A DNA stretch of 64,000 bases from Gordius albopunctatus (Eukaryota). The number at the start of each line of letters is the position of its first letter. Position 1 is the first letter of the stretch. A program made the position numbers and the translations under genes. The stretch is from the NCBI GenBank assembly GCA_964276515.1, contig OZ193910.1:4030001-4094000 (forward strand), in the 5' to 3' direction. This document shows, piece by piece, positions 1-12,991 of this stretch. The notes under the pieces were generated by a model. The model did no database searches. It was given only the letters and a program-made list of their open reading frames with translations, and had not been told where the DNA came from.

Positions 1-3000
1 ATACGCCGTGCCCGGCCATTTGAATTACGTGGAAAGTAAGTGTAATGCCTGTCATTGTGGAATCAGTGTGTGTGTGTGTGTCTGTAGGAACGGGCCTTTT
101 TGTGGGGGCTTTAACGAGAAATTATTAAAAATTGCTGGATTTTATTAGATTTATACTTATTATTTTAAAATTTTACATAAAAATTTTGTCTATTTAAATT
201 TCAATAACATTTACGTTTAATCAATATAAAAAGGAATTGGTCCTCTCTAGCCCAATTTTTTGTAAATTCGATAAATAGATCTTATGGGTTCCTAAGTCTG
301 GATTTCGATAAATTCGAAATTTTTTATCCATCTAATATTAAAATCATGATTTAAGTTTGATTCGATAAAAAATTAAAGATTCAAATCTTTTCAAGTTTCT
401 TTAATTACTAAAAATCGCATTAATTTACTAATATATCAAAAAAGGCGAACAAAAGTATAATATATATATTTAGTCAGTTTTTGTTTGTTACATAAAAGCA
501 CCTTTATAATGATCACAGGTAGCATTATTCAATGATTTATTATATAGGAAATGATCCCAATCCATGAAAAATTCTTCTTCTTCAGTATAAAATATTTTAA
601 ACATTAAATAACGATTAACCTAAATCACAAATCGATTGGAGTTTTAAGTCTATATTATATGTAAAAAATATGTTTTAATTTATTTTTTGTATTCTTATAA
701 ATTTAAAATTAATGATCGGGGAAAAATAACTATGTTGCGGAAAGATAAAAAGTGTTTAATTATATTCATCTTCTCTTTTTGAAATAAATTCAAAGTAAAT
801 AATTTTTTGAATCCTCATTTAAGGATTCGACTCGAAATTTCTCGCAACTAAACATTCGTTAGAAATTCACACATAACGATTCCAATCTCTAATATTATCC
901 ACTTAAATTTCAAACTTAATTTATAAATTTGCTACAACAAGTTTTGGTCGATAACTCATATTATTCCAATGTAATTTATGTGTCCTTCCATATCGACAAA
1001 AAATAAGGGTCAAATTATTTTGATAATTCCCAAAAAGCAACTAAATTAAGGAAGAAAAGAGTGACCCCATGTCGCTTCATCAGTATGCAATCCTGTTTTT
1101 TATTTCGTACGGCGAAAAAACAATGAGAACGACTAGATTTTTCCAAAATTTTTAACCATTAAAAGATATAGGGCGTTTTAGTGTGAAAATAAAGGTGTAG
1201 GCAACTCTTGGTTTAACCTTTGCATGTCATTTTACAGGACTTGAATCTATATGTTCATGGCATAGCGAATGGGGGAGAGGGCAAGTGCCTGAAATTCATT
1301 AAAATTATGGCCAAATTTTAAAATAGGATTTTGCCTCTCCCTCATTCATCATTGTCGACCCCCTCCGATTCCAACGCCAAGTAATCCATTACTTTTAACT
1401 GTTTTTTTGGCTTTCGCTAAGTGAAATCTAACACTTCTTTCCCGATTTGTTATAAGCGAGAGAGGTTTCCTCACTATTCGGTAAGCCACATTCACGCGGT
1501 AATCTCTTCGACGTTTTAGCAAATAGCGGCGGATTATTTGTGCATTTTTCCGAATTCTTCTTCCTTTTATCTTGTATAATGATCGAGTTGATTACATATG
1601 CAAGCGTGGGCGTGGCCAGGATTGGAATGAGGGGGGGGAGGGGGGGGGCAATAATGATTTTGAGAGGGGCAAAATGATAATTTTTGTGTGTGTAATTTTA
1701 GTCATAATTATTTTAAAGTTTGAGGAGTTTCTGGCTCCCCGCCACCCCTCGGCTAAGCCCATGTACACAAGCCTTTAAATAAATTGGAGCTCTAAAGACA
1801 TCGACTAATTTTAAGGCTCGAAAATTGGTATCTCTTTTGCATTTTTGTGGAAACAGTTGGTGAATTGGATCATTTCTACGGGCATCGGCAAAAGAAAAGC
1901 TCTTCGACGCAATTAGCCGAGCTCCTGGCCGGGGTAGGTACGACGGCCACCGAAATTATGGACACGCTCGTTAATGTGTACGGTAGTTTGGGGATGTTTG
2001 TGCGGGAATACACGGAACAATTGGGGAGAAGGCTGATGCGAAATTTTAACGCGAATTCGCACAAAGACCAGGGGAAGCCGTCGTCAACTCAGGATCGTCG
2101 CGAAAATTATTACCTCAAATCGTTGAAGGAAAAGTTCGGTTAGTGCGTCCTTGCCTAAATATCCGATGCAATCTTAATCGAATAAAAAAGATATCGACTA
2201 ATTTTAATAAATCTTCTTTTTATAGGAGTTATCGAGGTTTATTTACAAATCATTGTAAACGATGCATGCCAAAATATTTATTAAAGTTTTTATATCATTA
2301 TTATTAATGAAAGATCTTGAATTATGGCTATATTATAGAAAGATGATATGGTTCGGTAAAGTTGTGCATCTCATAAGTTGCCCGGATATTTGCGAAATTT
2401 TATGAAAAAACTAATTTTTACATATAAATTGGTACTATGTTCTTTTTAATTAACTTTTTACACTTGCAATTGGCAATGTGTTGATAAAACTATTTATTCG
2501 CTATTTTGAACTCTATTTTAAACTTAAACACCTTAATAAACCTACGAAAAATTTATATGAATTTTTAAAGAGCTTTTTCAACATGTTTTCAATTTTATAA
2601 TTTTTTTTCCATTATTTTAGGGGATACGCACATGGATCATTGTGAGGTTATGGTTAAAGACGCCAGCGAAACTGTGATTATCAACGAACAAATACATAAT
2701 GATCCCGAATATATTACGGACTTGGAGCAATTGTTAACGCGCTACAATTATTTGGTAAACTTTTAAAAATCAACATAGAAATACATCACTTCTCATCGCA
2801 AAATTTATACTAAATGTCCTTTTAATTTTATATTGTTCTATAAATAATGACCTTTATGAATAATACTCCAATTGAAAAGGATGTTTTTGTGCTCGCTTTT
2901 CTTACATAATTATTATTTGAAACAAAATTTGTAAAACTATTACCTTAGATTACATTTGTATTTTTTGAGAATTGTTGTTTAACAGGGTACGGCCCTAGAC

Positions 3001-6000
3001 GATCTTAAATTCGACGTTTTCATCAAATCACACGAGTTTTGGCCTCAAATTAGCGAGCCAGAAAAGTTTCAATTACCAATGGAAATGGGAGAAATATTTG
3101 AACTTTTTAATCGTTCATTTGCTAAATTCAAAGTAATGTTATGTTCAAGATTGATAAAATTGATAACGAACTAAAATAGGATCTTGGTATTTATTTTATA
3201 TATACTATTCCCAACAAATTTTTTTATATGTTAAATGCCTCAGGCTAACATAAGTCTGAAAAATCTTTTTATAAATTATCTCAATATGACCTAAGTCAAA
3301 TTTATAAAGCATGACACAACCCTCTGCATAAGCAAAGTTAATAGTTTATCAGTGTTTTTATGCCAGCCTAGGTGACAAACAGTCATAGAAAGAAGGAGCT
3401 GTTCTCCTAATTTTATATTTTTTGCATTTTATAGGTAAAAAGAGTGATTGAACGAGTAAATTTTGAGAATTATACGGGCTAAATAGAATATCCTAAAAAA
3501 TTAACATTTTCTCTCTAAGAAACCTTCGTTGGCGTAGCGAGCATTGGGATCAGAGGGGGGCAATAATGATCATTGGATGAAATTTTAGACATGATCTTAG
3601 TAAATTTCATCAAATTTTTGTATTTAAAGGAGGACAGCCGCCCCCCCCCCCCCCGACCCCCTTAGGGCACGCCGATGGAGACCTCGATAATTTTATTATA
3701 TCTATAAACTATGAAATATTTTTAGAATAATAGGACACTCGAATGGTGCCCGTGGGAGGGAAGGGTATGTTTGGAAATAGATTTTGAAAATCGGACCAAG
3801 AAATCCATGCAATTTAGCGTTACCCCAATACAAGCTTCACTTATCATGCAATTTCACGAAGTGGCCCGCGCTAGACGCTCTTCCATTCAAGTTTTGCTTT
3901 GCCTTATATCAAACTAATTATAGGAGAGTTAAGATGCATATTTGGAATAGTATACACAAATGTTTCATGATAAATATGGACATGACCATATATTGTTTAA
4001 TTGGCAAGTTTGGGTTCATATAAGGTTTTTTTGAATTTTGTTAAAATTTGTGAGATAACAAGGTGCAAAATATTTGTTGTTGTGTTTTGACCTATACTCT
4101 CATAAATATCATCATTACGTTTACATCGAAGAATTATTGTTTGTGCAATGAAAATATATTTTATTCAAACTTGACGGGGTTGTGTTGTTAATTTGTATCT
4201 ACTTCAAAATAGTCCAAAATCAAATTAGATTCAATCCGTTTGGACAAAATATAATCGCATGTGTTTAACTTATATTATGGAACAGTAAAAGTTTGGTAAC
4301 TATCAAGGATATTAATTAACATCACCCCAAAATATTTTCTCCTGCGGAATATTAAAAAATGTTAGAAAAGGGGTGGGGGCGAATTAGTTATTATTAAGAT
4401 GGAGACTACTTTCCGAAATGAGACCTTTATTTTACCAATTTTTCATCCTTAAATCCATTTATTTTTTGTAAGCCCCCATTAATATATCCTAGCCAGGTAA
4501 GAGAACTAAATCGGATTCAAAACATGAATTTCAGGTTTGCGATAATCACGCGCATTCAGCTACTACAGTTCCCATTTGCTTAGAAGATGTATCTATTAGT
4601 GCGTACGAGCTAAGTCTAAAGATGAAGTTGCCAGTGTCCGTAGTGAAAAGGAAAATGTCCTTTTGGATCGGCCACAAGATTATTGTGGTAAAATGATTCA
4701 AGCATCTTCATGTGCTACTTCAAGTTCGGTATTTCTATGAAATTTTCACGATTTTGTGGCCATATCTATCAGAGGTCAGATTCACTTAAATATTTCTGCT
4801 CGAACCCGGCCCGGTCCGATTTTATAGCTAAATCGCGCTCTCCGTCTCGCTCGTACTTTTTTAAGTGGCCGCCTTGCCATACCCGAGTCATTATAGCTGC
4901 TGGAACGGCCGGCTCGAAATATTATACGAGATCCTAAATAATTTAACAACCTTTTAAACTTAGCAATGGTTTTAATAATATTTTTTAGCAACTAATTTTT
5001 TCTGTTAGTTTAGTTGTTTTCTAGATTTAGATTTACAAAGCTCATTTAAAATTGGACATGTTGTCGAGGTATTATGATAACAAAAAAGTTGGCATTGTGC
5101 TGAGTTTAATAAATTGAAATTTAACGAGGGAGATACTATATCTTTGAAAATTAAAGAAATGTTCCGGTTAGAAAATTTAAAAACTTTACAAGTTCTTTGC
5201 TAGTCACATGATTTTTAACTTAAACTGTTTTGCTTTGTGACCATTGGGAACTTCGAAATCAGGTACCTTCTTTGCTATTTCTTTTGGCCTGATATGAACC
5301 TCCATTTAAACTCCCATTCCTATATCGCTCCTTCCTACCAAAATGAAAAAGAAAAATTAAATAATTTTGATGCGAAAAAGCCTTTTATTATTATTTGGAA
5401 AATTTAGTTAATCATTCTGTGCTATCTTTAGGAATGGAAAACCGATCAATATTGTACGATCGACGATTTTGAAATGTATAATTCAGCCGAAACCTTACAC
5501 AAACAGTCTCCAGTGCCCCGTAATTCCTGTTCTCCCAACAATAATACCTATTCCTTGGTACACGTTTCCGAAACCGATGAATCCGAATGCAATTTAACTT
5601 TTCAAGATGGCGCTGCCGGAGGTCCTAACACCACATCCGATAATAAAGCTAAAGTCAATCTCGAGGACCCCAGATTTAAGGTGCTAACACGATTTAGCTT
5701 GCTTTTATCAGCTGTAATTTGGGGAAAACACTCGAATCTTTCTATTTAAAATTATGCGCGATTATGTTTTTACTTTTTAGTTACAAAGTTTGCCATGGTT
5801 AATCGATTAAAAAAGGAGCAATTGACTTTAGGTCTCGATTCAATAAGGTTTTGTGTTAAGATAAAAATTGATCTTTCATTTATGAATTTGTTGTTTCCCA
5901 TGCCAATTTACGTTCACCCTAGTGTTGTAAAAAGGGCGGGTTTAGTGTGGCCGGCCTTTGGTTGGTTTTAGTCAATTAATCATAACGATTTATAATAGTA

Positions 6001-6279
6001 AAATAGCTATAATTTTTACTATAAAATATATTGTTGCGCTAAATTTAGATGGTATGGATTTACATTCGCAACATTTTGGTTAACATGCAAAGTTTGACTA
6101 TAGAGCGGTTACACTCCGTACTCAAAATATTTGCTAAACAAGCCCCATCATTGTCCAAATCAGAATTGTCCATCGAGGATTTGGAGACTTTTTTGGATTT
6201 GAAAGTTACCCAAGGCGATTTGGAGTTTCTGGTCGAAGGCAAACTTTATAAACTCGCTAAGAAAACTGATATGCCCTAA
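1..6279 (+). CDS. ANAPC2: Anaphase-promoting complex subunit 2 (cullin-like), 5'-incomplete. Exons approx. <1-35, 1857-2138, 2621-2754, 2986-3132, 3726-3860, 4535-4687, 5432-5680, 6049-6279
   Basis: Spliced translation gives APC2 motifs in order: EIMDTLVNVYGSLGMFVREY..LGRRL, FGDTHMDHCEVMVKD, SHEFWP, RTLEW...VTPIQASLIMQF, ELSLKMKLPVSVVKRKMSFW, and the C-terminal WHB domain VWIYIRNILVNMQSLTIERLHSVLKIF. GT-AG junctions are phase-compatible; the donor near 3860 is least certain. AATAAA follows the stop. Confidence 0.93.
66..81. repeat. (GT)n microsatellite in an ANAPC2 intron
   Basis: gtgtgtgtgtgtgtgt. Confidence 0.9.
1605..1763 (+). mobile_element. Copy of the abundant ~150-bp hAT-type MITE
   Basis: CGTGGGCGTGGCCAG...GGCTAAGCCCATG ends; degenerate 8-bp flanks tatgcaag/tacacaag. 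Confidence 0.7.
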
Positions 6280-7097
6280 ATTAACTATTTAAAATGTTTT
6301 CATGCTTCGTACATTTATAAAACACCATAATAAATAGAAAAATTACAATTGTTATATTAATTGTTCCACTTTTATAGTATGTATGTGAATGGGGGTAGCT
6401 AAAGGGGGGGGGCACCCTCTCTAAATCCAAACATTTGTTGCAATTTATTAAAATTAGGGCTGAAATTTCAAAAAATGTTCATTTTGCCCTTCCCTAAATC
6501 ATTATTCCTCTAATCCCAATGCTGGCTACCCCGTCTGTGTGGTAAATATAGTTAACTAATAACGGCTAATGTAATTCGAGAATTGCAATTATCTTTCTGT
6601 GTCTCTGCTAAACAAATGCCTATGACAAAATATATAATTTAACCTAAAGAATTGTTAAAAAGTGTGATTATTATGTACCTTTTTTATAGCAGAGTTAAAG
6701 GTATATAAGTCAAACTTATAACTAACTTTTAACTCCGTATTTCTCAAACCATAAATCACATTATGACATTTGGCTAAAATGTTTTTATATATATATTGTT
6801 TAAAATATTTACTAGGCTATAATTGTACGTATTTCATATAAAAACTATCAAGTGGCTATAAATTTTACCTTGCATTATCAATAAGGTGACACATATTAAT
6901 TACATGAATATCCTTGTTTTTGTCACCTTGTGAACATAGTTGTCGAGATGCTAAAATTATACTTATGAAAGGTCAATTAATGTGTACCATAACATGGCAA
7001 ACGGAACTTAAAAAATATAATTTATTATAAAATTATACTTTTTACAAATAGCTTAGGTCAGTTACCAAGTTTTTCCATTATATCCTTCCACACAACC

Positions 7098-7105
7098 TAT
7101 ATAAA
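7098..7105 (+). promoter_or_regulatory. TATA box upstream of a candidate secreted-peptide gene
   Basis: TATATAAA about 50 nt upstream of ATG 7156. Confidence 0.5.
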
Positions 7106-7155
7106 CGCCGGCTACTAGTTATAGTTAAAAGTTTGTCATTTTAAATTCAGGATAA

Positions 7156-7260
7156 ATGAAGATTCTCCTATTTGTAAGAATTTTTGACATTTAAAATAAC
7201 TTAATTATAGGTTTTCGCCATTGTCTGCTTTCTTACCATTTTATCTGTTTCAGGTTTCAG
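7156..7260 (+). CDS. First two exons (7156-7173, 7211-7260) of a candidate small secreted protein; downstream exons unresolved
   Basis: Removing a 37-nt GTAAGA...TTATAG intron gives MKILLFVFAIVCFLTILSVSGF, a typical signal peptide (basic n-region, hydrophobic core, small-residue c-region), followed by a donor AG|GTGAAT. Confidence 0.6.
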
Positions 7261-9402
7261 GTGAATGATATAAACTTTTAATAAATTGTGAAGTTTATAT
7301 GAGATTTGTTTAACTAATTACAATTATAGTTACATTTTTCCAAAAGTAACTGAATACAGTTCCAGTTACTTACCTGATGTAAATAGTTACATTAAAAGTT
7401 ATTATGGTAAATTAAAAAAATTAATACAATTTATTCACATATTAGACTAAAATCACAGGGTATGTGTATGTGGTGATTCGATTTCAATAAAACGCTATAT
7501 TCCATTATATTTGAAATTAATTAGTAAATTGCGGGTTTTTATAATAATCAGAAGATTATAATAACCCCTTTTAGGAGTGCGGCAATTAAATTAAAAGTAC
7601 ACCCTAGCAATTTTAATTAGTTACTAATTTGACCATATATATACCTATCTTTTTTACCATGTGACTTGAAATGATAATAGATTTATGACGTTCTCGCTCT
7701 GATTAGAGCTTATAAGTATGCTATAGTTAATTTTCTAGCAACATTCTAAGCGAGATAGGTATATATAAGGCTCAAATTAGATTTAACCCATTCTTATGGT
7801 GGTTAAGTAATAATAATCAGAAGAAGATATAATAACCCCTTCCAGGAGTGCCGCAATTAAATTAAAAAAATTGCCTATAGATGGCGCTAATTAGGGTGTA
7901 GTTTTAATTTAATTGCGGCACTCCTGAAAGGGGTTATTATTATCTTCTTCTGATTGTTATATTCTATATTGTCGTTTAATAAGCTCGTCCGCATTGCACT
8001 AAATATTAGTTTACCAAGACTTAATAAGCGCTTGACGGGCGCTAAATGGTAGTGGTACATTGAGTTTAATAAAAGTTTTTCCAATTCAGGAAAATTATCA
8101 TATTTTTTAGAGATCCAACATTATTATTGGAATTAATAAAAGTGTGGATGAACTCTTGGATCCTTTCCGACTTTGAAATTTTAAAAAGATTAAATTATGA
8201 TTCTTGTTATAATTGGATGAATTATCAATTCGAAATAATATTTACAGATTTAAATTTGATCCGACACAAACTAGACATGTAGCAATATTATTTAATTTAT
8301 TTGATTATTTTTAAATTTTGTAAAAAGTAACTCTAACTTGGGTTGAATAGTTAGAGACCTAATGTAACTAACCAGAAGAAAAGTAACTAGAAAAGTAACT
8401 GATTCTAGTTACGTTTAACTAGTCTTTTAACAGCTCTAATTCCACTAAAAAACTCAAAATTTTGTAATCATTTTTGGTGAATAATTTATGGAATTAATTT
8501 TATTAAAGTCAAAGTAATAATTAATTAGAACAAATAAAACTCCCATGATGTATATATGACAAACATTATTATTTTAATTTAATTAATATGATCTCAAATT
8601 TTTGTCATTTTCATAGAAAACGAAGCGACTGAATCAGATAAAATAAAATATAAAGTTTTCATATTTTAATACATCTAAATTAGTAATTTAAAGGTTATCC
8701 CACCTTAGAGAAAAATGATTATTGCAAATTATTATATAAATTAGATGTTAAAATCGAACCAGTTACTAGAACGACATGGAAGTGGGAAGGAAATACTATG
8801 ATGATTGTAGTCCTGTTATCGTTATGAAGGATGGGGTAAATAAAATATTTTATTATTATATTATTGATATTAATCTAATAAGGAATTTAAAAGTTTCTGT
8901 AATGATATTTTTTATTAAGCATTATAGTAACACTTTAAAAAAGGGACCAAGTTTATTATCTTTAAGCCAGGTCTGTCTTTTTAAGGGTAAAATACGACTA
9001 ATTTTATTAATGGCATAAGCTTAGACGTCCTTTGTAAATATAGCAATGTGTCGCGGATATATGATCGTAATGATGTGACACCTATGGTAACTTATGCTTT
9101 GCTTAAAGACATCTAAATATCACTCATGATTATAGCCACAAAAGAAGATTTTTAAATAGGAGAATAATATGTTTTTGAAGCTACCTGACTTTTATTTTTT
9201 CAAACACTGTCTCCCTCAAATCGACTAGCTAATGATAAATAAGTCTGGTAAATTTTAGACTGTTGGCTAAGTTTCAAAATTATCGATAAGCTGACTTTGT
9301 AGATTGGATAGTGGATAAAAGGTGATGAGACCTAAAAATTATTACAAAAAATTTTGAGGACATGAAAGTATGTTTATAATTAATTTAATAAGCACTTTTT
9401 AG

Positions 9403-10492
9403 GATCTTCGATATGATAATTTATTGCGCCTCAAAATCAATCTTGGTGATCCTTCAGATATTTATCGACCTGAAAAAGATGTTGAAAAATTTCGTAATTA
9501 TGATGTAAGTAAATATATGGTGTACTGTACACAATTTTTTAAGATTAAAGCAGGATGCCCAGATAATGTTAGAAACACATATTATCACATGCACTCAAAT
9601 ATGACAATGGAATTTATGTTAAAACAAGTAAAAGTTATAACATGCTTAATTGTTGCTTCAGAAAGATTTCTGGATGAGATTTGACAAAATTAAATTAACA
9701 ATTATGGAAGCTCTTGAACTTCTAAATAATGTTGTGGATGAAAGTGATCCTGATGTAAGAACAGAATTAAATAATTATATATTTTTTTAATAGACTTCTC
9801 TACCAAATTTAGTTCACGCCTTTCAAACTGCGGAAAGAATTAGGGAAAAGTATCCTCAAGAAGGTATGCAATTACATAACAATTACAAGCTTTAAATAGA
9901 TTGGTTTCATTTAATTGGGCTAATACATGATCTTGGCAAAGTGATGGCCTTTTTTGGTGCTGAACAATGGGCTGTAGTTGGTGACACATATCCACTTGGT
10001 TGTGAGTGGTCAGATAAAATTGTTTTTGGGAAAAAAAGCTTTGAATCAAATCCCGATACTTCAAACACCCTTTATAAGTAATAAATAATATTCAAAAGAA
10101 ATTCAATTTAATGTAGTTCAAAATTAGGTATATATATGCAAAATTGTGGTTTGAACAATGTTTTTATGTCTTGGGGACATGATGGTAATAATTTTAATGT
10201 CTATTTTAAATATTTTTTAGAATACATGTATCAAGTATTGCTTTACAATAAGAGCCTTTTGCCAAATATTGCCCAGAAAATTATAAGATATCATTCATTT
10301 TATCCTTGGCACAAGGAAGGGGAATATTCCTATTTGACCAGTGAAGAAGACATTGAAGTTTTAAATTGGGTTAAAAAATTTAACCATTTTGATCTTTACT
10401 CCAAATCTGATCAAATTCCTGATATAGAGAATTTGAAACCATATTACCAATCTTTGATTGACAAATATATACCTGGAGAAATTGCCTTTTAA
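9403..10492 (+). CDS. MIOX: Myo-inositol oxygenase. Exons 9403-9504, 9544-9627, 9662-9754, 9794-9863, 9900-10077, 10117-10184, 10221-10492; start exon possibly 8776-8835
   Basis: Spliced product has DPSDIYRP, FRNY, VDESDPD, HAFQTAERIR, DWFHLIGLIHDLGK, QWAVVGDTYPLGC, MSWGHDEYMY, IRYHSFYPWH, FNHFDLYSK and YYQSLIDKY, the MIOX di-iron ligand motifs. Confidence 0.96.
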
Positions 10493-11337
10493 CAAATGCC
10501 CATCCATTAATTGTATTTCACTCACCAGTATTTATGCTCAGGAAATTAATATATTAAATTTTTAAATATAATCTTATTTTTTAATTGTGTGGAAATAATG
10601 AAGTTTATTTATAATAATAATTTTAACTCATCATTTGTTATGTCAAAGATTTATCATATATGATGTATTTGTAAGTGCACTGTCATTGAGATTATATGTT
10701 ATTATAATGTATTTTAATCACTAAATAATTTTTCATATAAATTTTCTATTCCTAAAATCTATAAAAATTCAATTTAATTTACAGCCTAGAGGGCATAGGC
10801 CTCATATATTATAGTAATTTCTAAATATTTTGGCCATTTTGGATCTATAATTTTTACAAAGGGCCAAAATATCAAAATTTAAGTTTATTTTTATTTTAAT
10901 ATTATTTAATTTATGGCTAAAATTTCAAAAAATGTTTATTTTGTCCTCCCTAAATCATTTGCACCCCTCTCTTTGTAGATTTTTATTGTTTGATTTTTAA
11001 TAGTTATTATAACAAACCAGTTCTTTAAATTTATAAAAACTTGGTTAGGCAACTAGACTTTAGGCACTGCTTTGGAACTTGGCAATATGATTAGAAAACA
11101 AAATTTTTGGGTCAGGTTTGCATTAGACAAAGGTGGCACTTGTGACTTTTTTTAGAAAGCCTTGGAAAATATCCAAAGAAAGGCGAGGCAATTTCGATTT
11201 TATCCGTTTTTGCTCATTTAAAATATAGCCTTATTATTACTATAATTTATGAAATGAGCTTTATCAATATTATACTCACCTTTATATTAACTTAAATATA
11301 TTAAGCTAAAAGTTCTTAAACCTTCTAGATTAAGGAG

Positions 11338-11567
11338 ATTGGCGTAGCCAGCATTAAAATTAGAGGGGGGCAATAATGATTTAGCAAGGGGCAAATAAAA
11401 TGATAATTTGTAGAAATTTTATTCATATTTATATTAAAATTTGAAGAATTTTAGAAATTTATTGAAATTTATTAAAATTATGGGGCTAAAATGTCAAAAA
11501 ATGTTCATTTTGCCCCTCCCTGAATCATTATTGCCCCCCTCTAATTTTAATGCTGGCTACGCCCATG
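11338..11567. mobile_element. Fold-back (palindromic) derivative of the hAT MITE
   Basis: ggcgtagccagcattaaaattagagggggg...cccccctctaattttaatgctggctacgcc; both arms derive from the left half of the family. Confidence 0.75.
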
Positions 11568-12991
11568 GATTTTGATAATAATTAATTTATTGTTGAAGCA
11601 AATATGAAATGGAAGGTAAATTAATTAAAACATTTTTTACATGGTTTTTAATCATGACCCTATATTTATTAGACGAATAACACTCGGTTTGCTCAAATAT
11701 TTAATAGTATACATGATTCCTATTTAAAATAAAATTAAATTTTTCTCCAATTTCACTAAGATATTTCATACAATATTAAATAAGCATGAAATGGAAAGGG
11801 GCTAAGCTAGTAGAAATATATTTTTTTAATAATTTTAAACAATAATAATATACTAGGTATGTTATACTTTAGGCAAAACATATATTAAAATTCTAAAGAA
11901 GATTTGCTATAACTGGGACCCCCCTCGTGAGCGAAATTGCTTAACAAAACCCCGATTTCAGGTCAAAGAATGAGAATTTAGCAATTATTTTGTTAACTTT
12001 CTAAAGCATGTGATGTGAGCACATTTTTCTAAGAAAATGAAGCGTTTATGGTTGCTTTAAAATTTTAAAGGTTTTGAACATTGTCCAACTTATACAGGAG
12101 ATGAATAGTCTAGAATGAATTCGGCATGATTTATTGTCACTATTTGATGCCAATATAAGTTCAAAATTTTGACATGTCCGAAAATTTCGCTAATTTTTCA
12201 TCATAGCTCTACTAATTAAATAATTCTGGTTCAAATTTATTACCCCTTTTATTTAAAATAGGAAAACAAAAATTTGAATTTTTATCTTTAATATTCGTTA
12301 ATTCAGCTAACATCATCACCAAGGTTATTATGATGTGATAATTTTAATGAAGGATTTTAGGCTGTATAAGGGGAATTCCATATGACTTAATAAATGATTT
12401 ATAGGCTCCACACTTTTTCCTGAAACTTTCTAATCCCTTAGCCAAATATAAAAGTTAAATATCCATTAAAGTTCTGACGTAATATCTCAATGGCTAATTT
12501 CAGTTGAATTTTGTGATTTACATGGGCATGGCCAAATTTTGAATAAACGTGAAGACAAAACCGGTAATAGTTTAGGGACTGCTAAAATAAAAAAAACTAT
12601 TGATAAATTCACCTTTTGTTTTTACAAAACTATAAAGAAATTTTCTGGAGAGGGGCTGCTCCTTTCGGTTCCTCTTTTCTAGCCAAAGCTATATAACCAC
12701 TTAAATTAAATTTTTTGCAATAATTAATATAAATTATTCACTGTTTGTATAAATGTAAATTTAAGAGCGATAAATGCCGTATAAATTTTTTAAATCAATG
12801 ATGGAAGCAATTTACCAAAGCGTCTGATTGTTATTTTTAATTCTTATTTTATTGGTAACTATTTTAATTATGTATGTTTCTCTGCAAAAGTTCGATTGTT
12901 GATCTACGATAATTCAAAAGTCACTTAAACATTTTTATATCTTTAAATCCTTTGGAAACATACATTTCATCTACATAAATCGGAAATATTA

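Noticed and set aside
3784..4023. 79-aa ORF
   Set aside because: Alternative frame overlapping an ANAPC2 exon and running into the intron
7156..9504. Signal peptide spliced onto MIOX via 9043-9085 (secreted MIOX)
   Set aside because: Phase-compatible but unsupported; MIOX is a cytosolic enzyme and alternative exon paths exist
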